DNA of 64,000 nt from Myxococcota bacterium (GTDB lineage: Bacteria > Myxococcota_A > UBA9160 > UBA6930), in assembly GCA_965223415.1 (NCBI GenBank), contig OZ245002.1, forward strand, positions 1,216,001 through 1,280,000, read 5' to 3'. Below, one piece after another: positions 1 to 8,503 of the stretch (position 1 is its first letter; each line of letters starts with the position of its first letter). The position numbers and the translations under genes were made by a program. The notes beneath the pieces are model-generated. The model was not told the origin of the DNA. It was given only the letters and a program-made list of their open reading frames with translations, and made no database searches.

Positions 1-111
1 CCGAACATCAACCCAGGGGGGTGCGCAAAACTAGCCGTCCTCTTAGCGCGCAAGAGATGACGTCCCTCGACACTCAGACACCCGCATGGAACAGCGGGCG
101 GGCCGCTCCAG

Positions 112-765
112 CTAGGCTTCGGGGTGGGACAGGCGGCTGGCCGCCTTCCGGAAAGCCGCCAGCTCCCGGCTCGAGGCCGGCGGCAGGTCCGGCTCGCCGC
201 CGTGCATGGCCACCCGCTCGAGCTCGTCGGTGATGTGACGCATGGGTCGCAGCAGGCCGCCCCGGACCAGCACGAAGATCACTCCGGAGAAGGCAGCGGA
301 CGCCACAACCACGGCGATGAGCAGATCGATGATGAGCCGAACCGAGTCGCGCTTCAGCACCGCGATGTCGTACTTCGTCTCGAGGCGCCAGTGCGTGCCG
401 TCGGCCGCGCGAACCGGCGGCGCGGTGTAGGTGAGGGTCGTCCCGTCGACGTCGCTCTGCCCGCGCCCCCAGTCTTCCGAGGCCCTGGCCTCGGTCGGCG
501 GCAGCGGCTCCAGGCGGATGCCGGCGTCGGAGATGCTGCGGAGCCGCTCGAGCAGCACGTCCACGTCGGTCCCGTTCTCGAGGGCCCGGGCGACGGAGGC
601 GTGCACGAGCCCCGACGTGCGGTGGGCGTAGAGCTTCGCGTTGCGGATGTCGCGCTCGTACAGCCGGTAGGGCAGGATGGCCAGCGTGCCGACGATCGCG
701 ATCACGGCGATCACGCCGAGTGCCAGGAGGAGCCGGCGCTCGAAGCTCGGTAGGTCGGTCACCAT
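112..765 (-). CDS. Host two-TM membrane protein with HAMP-like C-terminus (in frame with the run-on integrase ORF)
   Basis: ATG at 765 after GGAAGG; hydrophobic segments LLLALGVIAVIAIVGTLAIL and LIIDLLIAVVVASAAFSGVIFVLV, then HAMP-like LLRPMRHITDELERVA. Confidence 0.6.
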   Translation of the reverse strand: MVTDLPSFERRLLLALGVIAVIAIVGTLAILPYRLYERDIRNAKLYAHRTSGLVHASVARALENGTDVDVLLERLRSISDAGIRLEPLPPTEARASEDWGRGQSDVDGTTLTYTAPPVRAADGTHWRLETKYDIAVLKRDSVRLIIDLLIAVVVASAAFSGVIFVLVRGGLLRPMRHITDELERVAMHGGEPDLPPASSRELAAFRKAASRLSHPEA

Positions 766-1011
766 GGCGCTGCCTTCCTGCTGTCCCCGGGGTCGAGGGT
801 ACCGCGCCGTGGCGCCCTCGCGATGGGGCAGCGCGCCCCTCCGTGTCGGGCGGACGCGGCGGCCCCGCGCGCCTCGACGAATCGCCGGTGGGTGGCCAGC
901 GGGAAGATCAGGTCCAGCTCGATGGACTCGATCGCGAAACCCTGGGCGGCCGCGCCTCGGCGCGGGAATTTGACGGCGGTCCCCGGGTTCCCGAGACTCC
1001 TCGGGGCTCAC

Positions 1012-1088
1012 GCGCCGGTAGCTCAGCTGGATAGAGCACCAGGCTTCGAACCTGGGGGTCGGGGGTTCGAATCCCTCCCGGCGTGCCA
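1012..1088 (+). tRNA. tRNA-Arg (anticodon TCG)
   Basis: 77-nt cloverleaf GCGCCGG...CCGGCGTGCCA; anticodon arm CCAGG-CTTCGAA-CCTGG; T-loop GTTCGAATC; encoded CCA. Confidence 0.97.
1039..1088 (+). repeat. attL core (3' part of the tRNA)
   Basis: 50 bp identical to 40793-40842; after one mismatch the match continues for 10 bp (AGATTCCGCG). Confidence 0.95.
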
Positions 1089-2280
1089 AAGATTCCGCGT
1101 ACTTGGAGAGCTCACGAGTACGCTCCCTATCGGCCGGTGCCGAATAGTGCCGTCCGGTGCCGCTTGGAAACTCCGCAAACGTCAGGTCCGTCTCTTCCTC
1201 GCGCATCGCGTGCGCGTAGACCCGAAGCGTGAGCGCCGGGTCGGCGTGCCCGAGGACGTCAGCGACCCAGCGGACAGACTTCCCCGATTGAAGCGCGAAC
1301 GTGGCCCAGGTGTGGCGGGTGGCGTGAAGCTTCAGAGGGCGAACTCCGTAGGCCTCCTGTGCCTTCTCTCGAACACGCTCCCAGGTTCGGCTGAGATTCC
1401 GGGGCGTGATGGGGGTTCCGTTTCGAGTCGAGAAGACCCACGGCGGCGCATCCTGGCCGCGCTCGGAGGCCGTGGCGCGGGCTTTCGCGAGGACATCGAA
1501 CAAGTCCTCAGCGAGGGCTTCTGTCATCGGGACGCGCCTCGACTTGCCGCTCTTCGGCGCGGTGATTCCCTGCTGAAGCAGCGAGCGGCGAATCCAGATT
1601 CTCCGGGAATCGAAATCGACGTCACTCCACCTGAGCGCCAGGACCTCGCCGCGGCGGACTCCGGTCGAAAGGAGCGTGGAGAGGATGGGTGCGAATTCAG
1701 GCTCAGAATCTCGGGCAGTCTGGAGGAGACTCTCAATCTCTTCGCGGGTCCAGTGCTCCGTGACTTCGGCGCCAGTGGAGCCAGCGCGCGAGACGCGGCG
1801 CATGAGCTCACCTACGTGCGAAGCCGGATTCCGCTCGAGCCTTCCCTCTCGAACGAGGAGAGTGCACACCCGGCGAAGTACGCCGAGCGCGTTCAGAATC
1901 GTCTTCGGGGACAGTCCATCGTCTAGCTTCGCCCTTACGAACCGAAGGAGGTCTGCCTCCTTGACCGCTCGAAGGTCCTTCGAGCGAAAGAACGGGATGA
2001 GATGATGTTCGATGAGCCCGTGGCTCAGTTCTGCCGTGGAGGGCTTGAGCGTCGCCGAGTACGCCTTGAACCAAGCGCGAAGCTCCGCATCAGCTCGAAG
2101 CGGCTTCTCGCCGTGCGGGTCGAAGGTGCCGAGTGCAAGCGAGGCGTTGACCTTTGCAGCGATGGTCTCCGCCGTGGCCTTGTCGCGCTTCGTGGGACCA
2201 ACGCGCTTCGTGGTCCGGGTGGAGCGGTAGTGGGTCACGACCCACCAAGCGCTGCGCATCCACTTGACCTTGGCTGCCAC
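1039..2280 (-). CDS. int: Tyrosine integrase; frame stays open through attL
   Basis: Catalytic residues R (TGVRRGE), K (PKSGK), HxxR (HATRH), H (LGH), Y (VYAH); N-terminal arm-binding-like domain. Confidence 0.93.
1136..1165 (+). promoter_or_regulatory. Candidate integrase arm-type sites (left arm)
   Basis: Three tandem 10-mers GGTGCCGAAT/AGTGCCGTCC/GGTGCCGCTT; AGTGCCGTCC recurs at 40686-40695. Confidence 0.6.
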
Positions 2281-2292
2281 GTTCTGGCTCCC

Positions 2293-2664
2293 CTACTCGC
2301 GTTCCCGGCGGTTTCGACTACCGGCCGGAAGCGAACCCTCGTCGCCGAAACTGGGGTCAGAGAGGGCCGAGAGAGCTTCTCCGACGGCGTCATGGACCTC
2401 GCCGTCCTGGGCGGTGATGAGCGAGTGGAGCCAGTCCCTCAGCGCAGCGAGCGGATAGACCCGAATCCGGGTGCCGGGCAGATACACTCCGGGCACGTGG
2501 TGAGAGATCTCGCGGAACTTCCTGGGGCTAATCCCTAGGGCCGCCGCAGCCTCAGGGGCGCGAAGGGCAATCGGTTCGATGGTCCTCTCGGGTGATTCGG
2601 CCACGGCTTGGGGGTCCTGCGCTCGGTGCACCCAAGAGGGTATGCAGACCCGGATGGCCGTCAA
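2293..2664 (-). CDS. Excisionase-like HTH protein
   Basis: ALRAPEAAAALGISPRKFREI helix-turn-helix; directly upstream of the integrase; start uncertain. Confidence 0.65.
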   Translation of the reverse strand: MTAIRVCIPSWVHRAQDPQAVAESPERTIEPIALRAPEAAAALGISPRKFREISHHVPGVYLPGTRIRVYPLAALRDWLHSLITAQDGEVHDAVGEALSALSDPSFGDEGSLPAGSRNRRERE

Positions 2665-3761
2665 CTAGCTGTTTTAGATGGAGAATCTCGGGAGAGGCTC
2701 TCCCGGGAACGCCACTCAGAGAACGACGGAATGCCCAGATCGGGCTCCAGAAGCCGATAGAGCTCGATTCGAACCAAGGTGGCCTCAGCCATCGGCTTCT
2801 CCCCGAACTCGGCGGAAACGGCTCGAGAGGCGGCCTCAACGAGACGCGCTCGCTCGCCATCAGGGAGCCGGTCGGCGGCGGCGCGAATCTCGTTCCGCTT
2901 CCACGCCTCGTAGCGAACGCGGGCGTCGTCCTCGGCGAGGCGTCGGGTTTGGTGCGCGTCACGGACCGAGCGAGCGAGTGCCTTGTCGAAGTCGGCCACG
3001 GCATCTTCGGCGTAGTCCATCACAGCCCCGAAGTGCTGCATCGGGTACTTGGTTCGCTGCGCCTCACAAAGCGCGTACTCAACGACATAGCGAGACTTCT
3101 CCTCGCCGTAGCTCTCAATGAGCGAGTGGGCCTGGTCAAGCTCGCGTGACTTCGGCTTCCGATGGGTTCGACCAAAGTGGTCATGAAAGAGCCGAACGAG
3201 TTCCCCTCCCCCTCCCTCGAGCACACCCCGTGTGTTCTTCTTCTCTACACACTTCTTGTTTATGTCGGGCCGGCCTGACACAGGCGTGCCTGACACTGGC
3301 CCAGTGTCAGGGCAAGCTGACACAGGCCCCTCGGGCGGCTTCGCTCGTCCGTACTTAAGCCCAGAAATCGGATGGATGAAGTACACGTTTCGGCCCCACC
3401 TAGTCGAGCCATCTGGGGCCGTCTCACGGCGGCGCTTCGTTGAAAGAACCGGGCGTCCTCGAAACCTGTACCTCTCGAGCCGGTTGATTCTGCCGTTCGC
3501 CCCTTGTCGGCTTATTCCGAGGTCTCGACCGATACGAGCCTGGCTCGGGCTGCAGTAGCCGTCTTCATCCACGTAGAGGGCCATCGCTGAGAGCGTCTTC
3601 CAGAGGTCATCGGGGATGTCGGCCAGAAGCCCAGAATCGCGCGCCTCGGTGTACATCTTTACGAACCGACGCTTGACCCGGTCTCCGGTCGACAGGTCGA
3701 CTTCGGTCTGAAACTCAACCGTGAGAAATGGGCTCTCCTGTGGGGTTCCTTTCTTTCGCAT
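2661..3761 (-). CDS. Replication initiator-like winged-HTH protein
   Basis: YCSPSQARIGRDLGISRQGANGRINRL (HTH_36-like); repetitive linker PVSACPDTGPVSGTPVSGRPD encoded by iterons. Confidence 0.7.
   Translation of the reverse strand: MRKKGTPQESPFLTVEFQTEVDLSTGDRVKRRFVKMYTEARDSGLLADIPDDLWKTLSAMALYVDEDGYCSPSQARIGRDLGISRQGANGRINRLERYRFRGRPVLSTKRRRETAPDGSTRWGRNVYFIHPISGLKYGRAKPPEGPVSACPDTGPVSGTPVSGRPDINKKCVEKKNTRGVLEGGGGELVRLFHDHFGRTHRKPKSRELDQAHSLIESYGEEKSRYVVEYALCEAQRTKYPMQHFGAVMDYAEDAVADFDKALARSVRDAHQTRRLAEDDARVRYEAWKRNEIRAAADRLPDGERARLVEAASRAVSAEFGEKPMAEATLVRIELYRLLEPDLGIPSFSEWRSRESLSRDSPSKTAS
3275..3326. repeat. Iterons inside rep (candidate origin)
   Basis: CTGACAC(A/T)GG at 3275, 3290 and 3317, inverted copy at 3301-3310, beside a T-rich tract at about 3235-3263. 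Confidence 0.7.
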
Positions 3762-3867
3762 ATCAGTTCCTGCCTAGGGCGAGATTCACCGTTGACGGTC
3801 CGTACGGATTCGGAGTAGGTAGGAGTTAATCCAGTTCTACCGCCGGGGTGCTGTCACACCCCGCTCC

Positions 3868-3904
3868 GAAAAGAGCGACCCGACTAGTCGGAGTCGCTTT
3901 TTTC
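3868..3904 (+). terminator. Intrinsic terminator-like hairpin in the rep leader, possibly bidirectional
   Basis: GAAAAGAGCGAC-CCGACTAGTCGG-AGTCGCTTTTTTC. Confidence 0.7.
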
Positions 3905-4027
3905 GTCTCTGGTGTCCGCGTAGTCTGTTCAATCCAAGTGCATCACCAGTCTCGGTGAGCACTACTTCTGGTTTAACCTGCTTGAAGTAGCTCTCGCAAT
4001 CGGGTTTCTCTGCGATTACGCCGTCGC

Positions 4028-4390
4028 CTACTTCCGCTTCGGCCTACCGGTTCGAAGGGGACCCTCGCGCTCCTTGAATGGCCTTCGGTCGTTGTGCTCC
4101 CGCTCTAGCTTCTTGACGTGTGCCATGAGCGCTTCGTCCGCGAACTCAGAAAGTGTGTACCGGTGAGGTGGTCCCGATAGTGCATCCACGGCGTTTCGAA
4201 CCCGCTCAATCGTGGAGGCTCGAATCCAGTAACCCTCCTTCTGCTTAAGTGGCGGAGGGTCCGCACTGGGAGGGCTCGACTGAGGTTCCTTCGTTCGCTG
4301 GCTAGAAGCAGCGCCGAACTTCTTCTTTCCCGAGGGAAACCCGCCCTTTAGGGCCTGAAGTGGGCTATCGGAGATGGCCTTCCTACTCAT
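4028..4390 (-). CDS. Small centromere-binding partition protein (type Ib, RHH-like C-terminus)
   Basis: Overlaps the parA end; disordered N-terminus, C-terminal GYWIRASTIERVRNAVDAL...LSEFADEAL...LRTGRP. Confidence 0.7.
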   Translation of the reverse strand: MSRKAISDSPLQALKGGFPSGKKKFGAASSQRTKEPQSSPPSADPPPLKQKEGYWIRASTIERVRNAVDALSGPPHRYTLSEFADEALMAHVKKLEREHNDRRPFKEREGPLRTGRPKRK

Positions 4391-5201
4391 TGGCTGCATT
4401 CCCGGCCGGGGCTTCAAGGGCGACCTTAGAAACGAACTCATCTGCGAGCGCCCCGTAGTCCAGTGCTCCAGAGCTCTTCGGTCGATGATGGTCAATCGGG
4501 AGCTTCGCCTGAGAAGCGCGCTTCAAGTCGACGTTCATCCGGATGACCGTCTCAAAGACAAGCTCTCCGAAGTGCGCCCGAATGTCCTCTAACGCGGCGA
4601 TGCTCATCGACTCTCTAACGTCGAGCTTCGTTCCAAGCACCCCGCAGATTGGTATCTCGGCTCTAGCGTCTCGCTCGGTCTCGGTGATGAACTGAACGAC
4701 CATCGCGGTTGGCTCGAGCGAGAGATAGGCGAGCTCGACGGGAAGAAGGACAGAATCCGAGGCAAGGAGCGCGCACTGAGTGTCGATTCCGAGGCTTCCC
4801 GGCGTATCGATTAGAACGAGGTCCCAGTCTGCACCGGGAACGCTTCGAAGCCCTTCCAGAGCATCGCGGAGGACGAACTCAGGCCGGGCCTTAAGCGAGG
4901 CCAGAGCAGTTTCAAGCGTCAGCAGGTCGAGGCTACTTGGGACAACGTCTACTCCCGACGGGGTTTCATAGACGAGAGCCTCAAGGCCTTGGCGAGCTAC
5001 AAGGGCTTCCACCAGCGCTTGGCCGTGGCTTCTCTCGGTCTCTGACGAAGGCGTTCGAAGCCAGTCGGTGGTCTGGTGTTGCCTATCGAGGTCGATTGCT
5101 AGAACGCGCCAGCCCCGTCGAGCGAGGGCGCTCGCGAGGTTCACCACCGTTGTGGTCTTCCCCACTCCACCTTTTGTGTTCAATACAGAGACCGTCTGCA
5201 C
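4383..5201 (-). CDS. parA: ParA family ATPase
   Basis: Deviant Walker A KGGVGKTT, IDLD and LIDTPG motifs. Confidence 0.95.
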   Translation of the reverse strand: MQTVSVLNTKGGVGKTTTVVNLASALARRGWRVLAIDLDRQHQTTDWLRTPSSETERSHGQALVEALVARQGLEALVYETPSGVDVVPSSLDLLTLETALASLKARPEFVLRDALEGLRSVPGADWDLVLIDTPGSLGIDTQCALLASDSVLLPVELAYLSLEPTAMVVQFITETERDARAEIPICGVLGTKLDVRESMSIAALEDIRAHFGELVFETVIRMNVDLKRASQAKLPIDHHRPKSSGALDYGALADEFVSKVALEAPAGNAANE

Positions 5202-5256
5202 GGAACTCTCCCCAGAAACAAGACCTCAGGAGCGGAGGAGCGCCCGCTCAGCTCCG

Positions 5257-5492
5257 TTTCGCCCGATATGCCCACCATCTGATTCGGGCGACTTTCCGTC
5301 AATAGGGAAACTTCGCCCGCCAGGGTCGCTGGGAGAACTCGGCGAACTGGGGTCGGGGGGAACAACGCACCCGGTGGGCGAACCGGGGGAGATGGGAGCG
5401 AAGCCACCGGTTCGCCCGATTGGAGAACCGGCACCAGTTGACCCAGGAGCCAGCGAGACCAGAGAAGACCGAGCGGGCCCAGTGGGCGAAAC
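5257..5492. repeat. Array of GGGCGAA-like repeats upstream of parA (candidate centromere)
   Basis: About nine degenerate copies in both orientations, e.g. 5257, 5284, 5312, 5330, 5340, 5375, 5409, 5420, 5483. Confidence 0.6.
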
Positions 5493-5505
5493 GACCCCGT
5501 TTCGA

Positions 5506-6114
5506 CTAGGCAGCTCGACTTGTCTGTCTTCGGATGGACGCAGGCGCCTGGCGAAGTGTTGCGTAGACGCGCCGTTGGATGGGAGCGGCCGAGTAGGAGC
5601 GCGAAACCCGATACCGGATGAGGGGGACGCCCGCCGCGGCCAGGGCTGCATCTACAAAGCGGTCACGTTCTCTTCGGTCGGGCCGCCTGTGGGAAGCGTC
5701 ATCGAGCTCGATGCAGCAAGCCACTCGAAGCGAGTGTGGGTTCACGAGCGTGAAATCAAGGTGCTTTGAGGCGATTGGAGGGCCGTAGCCGTTCGACCAC
5801 TCGTCGTCAGAACAGTGAATCACGTCCGCGAGACGGACCTTGGGACACACCTTTAGGCCTGGCTCTACTGCATCGCGCAAGGCCGCGTAGAAGCGCGCTT
5901 CGGCCTTGGTGGCTAGGAAGGGGCGAGCCGAGTAGGGGAGCTCTGCCGGGTTGTTGGTGCGGTGAATCCTCCTGTAGCGCTCGTCTCGAAACTCATGAGC
6001 CCTGACGCCGGTGAGATAGAGAAACGTGACGACAATGAGGGCGCCAGTGAGCGAAAAGGGAAACACCGCGTGAAGTGCTGGAAGAAACGTCTCCATGGCC
6101 CAGAGTCTCACCAA
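5506..6114 (-). CDS. DUF2726 domain protein (REase-like fold, N-terminal TM)
   Basis: PKVRLADVI...KHLDFTLV...IELDDASH...RDRFVDAALAAAGVPLIRY. Confidence 0.9.
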   Translation of the reverse strand: MVRLWAMETFLPALHAVFPFSLTGALIVVTFLYLTGVRAHEFRDERYRRIHRTNNPAELPYSARPFLATKAEARFYAALRDAVEPGLKVCPKVRLADVIHCSDDEWSNGYGPPIASKHLDFTLVNPHSLRVACCIELDDASHRRPDRRERDRFVDAALAAAGVPLIRYRVSRSYSAAPIQRRVYATLRQAPASIRRQTSRAA

Positions 6115-6149
6115 TCCAGAATCTACGCAAACACCACGCGTGAGGTGAG

Positions 6150-7830
6150 TAGCGCCTCGGAGTGTGAGATGGTGCTCCGATGTAGGTCGCGAGACTCGTT
6201 ATGCACATGCACACGAGCTTGGCGATGTTCCTCATCGAGCACGGTGACGGGAAACAGGCACTACCAACGCCTGATAACCGGAAGCCTAACCAGCTTCGCT
6301 CGTCCGTGTCCTCGACGCGCCGGATGCATCGAGAGGTGCTTGTCCGGTGGAAGGAGGAGCTCTACGGGGAGAGCGCGAGCTCTCCGGAAACCCCTACCTG
6401 CAAGGTCAAACCAACGCCCCACGTGGGCAGACGAGAATGGAGGAAACGTTTTTGCTCTGCCGCATGGCAGAACTGTCTTTCTGGGGAAGTTCCCCAAGGA
6501 AGACCCGCCAGGAGGCGATTGACCACAGTAGGGACGGAATCCCGTAGTTCGACCTCATCAACCTCGGCCGCGAGTCGAGGAACTGGGGCGACCCTGAAAT
6601 CGTGTCGAGGGGAGACCTTCGGTGCGCGCGTGTTTCAAAGTCGAGACGAGAGTCTCGATGTTCCATGGCTGCGGCCTTGGGGCAGAGGTTTGAATCCTCT
6701 CAAGGGGAGAGTCCGTCGTGGTGTGGCTTGCTATCCACGGGCGGTGACGGCTGCGATGCCCAACTCACCTTGCTAGGCGCGGGAGTCAGTCTCGAGCAAT
6801 CGAGAGTGCCGGAAGTTGTCACTTCCGGGTGACCTTGGACCATGGTTTCACCATGAGGTCAAGGCACACGAATAGCTCAACGCGTTCATGGGCGAATGGA
6901 TGAAGCCCTACCTAGTACGGAATCTTGGAAGACGGGGGGTACCCGAAGGAAGTCGCGCGAAAACGGCGCGACTTCCCAAGCGGTACTGAAGGCCGAATCG
7001 TGAGAACCGGACTGTGACTACTTGGTAAGCGGGTGCTTTGTGGTTCTACCCGCCGAAAGCGTCTCCGCGGAGATGTGATTCCGATGACCTCGAGTGGGAG
7101 GCACGGACCCAGTACCGGAGTGCCCGTACGGGCTATGCGACGTGAGCCAAGATTCGATGATGCACGCTAAAGGGGGAGTCTCCTTCTGGGGACCGATGGT
7201 GGTTCATCGGTAAGCGGAGTGACGTCCGTTGGCGGTTCTTCGGAACCGACCCTTGAAGGAGAGGGAGCTCGACTGAGTAGGATGGCTCTGGGACTCGGAG
7301 TGAAACCATGGGGGTGGTTCCCGATGGTCACGCTCTTTCTGCTGGCAGTGGAAGGTCCTCTCCGTTTGAGCCTGGGTGGTACCAGGTGAGGAGCTAACGA
7401 AAGGTCGTTCGAGGACCTGGCGACAGGTCTCGGTGAGAACTAGCCAGAAGGCGCTTCGAACGAGAAGCGCGGGCAAGTGGCCACGAGAGGTTCTCCGGGA
7501 GGAGGCCTCTCGTGGCAGCTGGCACCAGCGAGAGCCGGAGTGATAGCTCCTGCTCTCGCACAAGTTGGGCGGAACCATCATGGAACATGATGGAGCTGTC
7601 TCTTCGTGGAACCACAGCTCTTGGCGCGAAGCGCCTGCACGATGCTGTGGCAACGGTCCGAAAACGAGGAAGGAGGTTTCAAGAACTGCGGCGAAACGGG
7701 GCCGTGGGCGAGCGCTGAAGTGAAGGGAGGCGAGACGATGGAAGGTCCATCGTCTCGCGCCGGCCCGGGGGCAGAAGGTTTGAGACGAAGGTCCGGGCAT
7801 TCGTGGAGTTGGCCGGCAACCTAACTCCAC
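6150..7830 (+). ncRNA. Candidate very large structured non-coding RNA (or folded ssDNA region)
   Basis: More than 20 back-to-back stem-loops, several with GNRA or C(UUCG)G loops on the + strand; no credible protein ORF; boundaries approximate. Confidence 0.55.
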
Positions 7831-7915
7831 CCCTTTCTCGGCTGTCGCATGCGGCGGTGGAGGACGGTGAGTTCGATGTTGATTCGCGACCTGACTTCGT
7901 GCGATGACGGGGGCT

Positions 7916-8389
7916 ATGGGAAAGGTTCGGCTTTCTTTCGAAGTCGACGAGGATGATGCCGCGGAGCTTTGCGAGGCAGCCACCGTGTGGTGCGAGGACG
8001 ACGTTCCAGGGCTCCTTCGACAGCTCGTCGGAAACCTTGCGAGTTGGTGTCGAGGGAATCGCGACTACGCTGAGGACCCCGATGAGTGGGCGGCATTCCT
8101 CGCATGGGACCCGGCGAACTTCGAATTCCTCGGGGACTTCGTTCGGGCGAACGCTCCGGCGTTCGAGACAGACTACGACCTCTCGCTAGGCGAGCTCCGG
8201 TACGGAAAGCAGATTTCGACGCGCGACTTCGCTGCTCTGAAACTCGAGGACGGCTCCATTTTTGTCTTCGATGACGGAAAGGCGTGGTTCCTTCGCGCCC
8301 CACGATTCGACCATCCGACGCTCTCAGCGCGGGCGCGTGATTCCATCCGGCGATTCACTGAGGCCAAGGTGGTGTCGTCGTGGAACTAG
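7916..8389 (+). CDS. Hypothetical protein
   Basis: Protein-like acidic ORF after a GGGG RBS-like motif, directly downstream of the structured region. Confidence 0.65.
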   Translation: MGKVRLSFEVDEDDAAELCEAATVWCEDDVPGLLRQLVGNLASWCRGNRDYAEDPDEWAAFLAWDPANFEFLGDFVRANAPAFETDYDLSLGELRYGKQISTRDFAALKLEDGSIFVFDDGKAWFLRAPRFDHPTLSARARDSIRRFTEAKVVSSWN

Positions 8390-8503
8390 CGGCTGCAAGC
8401 TACTCCACCGCATCGCACTGGAAGGAGCTCCGCAACCATCGCTGGAACGGCAAGAACCGGGGTGGTTGCTTGAGTAGGAACCGGGTTAGGTGCAGAATCG
8501 GCC

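Noticed and set aside
6150..7830. CRISPR or TIGR-like array, retron ncRNA, or group I/II intron
   Set aside because: No constant repeat or period; no Cas, Nop-domain or reverse transcriptase gene recognised; no intron domain V or P7 partner found
6201..7983. ORFs 6201-6776 (+) and 7204-7983 (-) as proteins
   Set aside because: Low-complexity Arg/Ser/Pro-rich translations without motifs; better explained by non-coding structure
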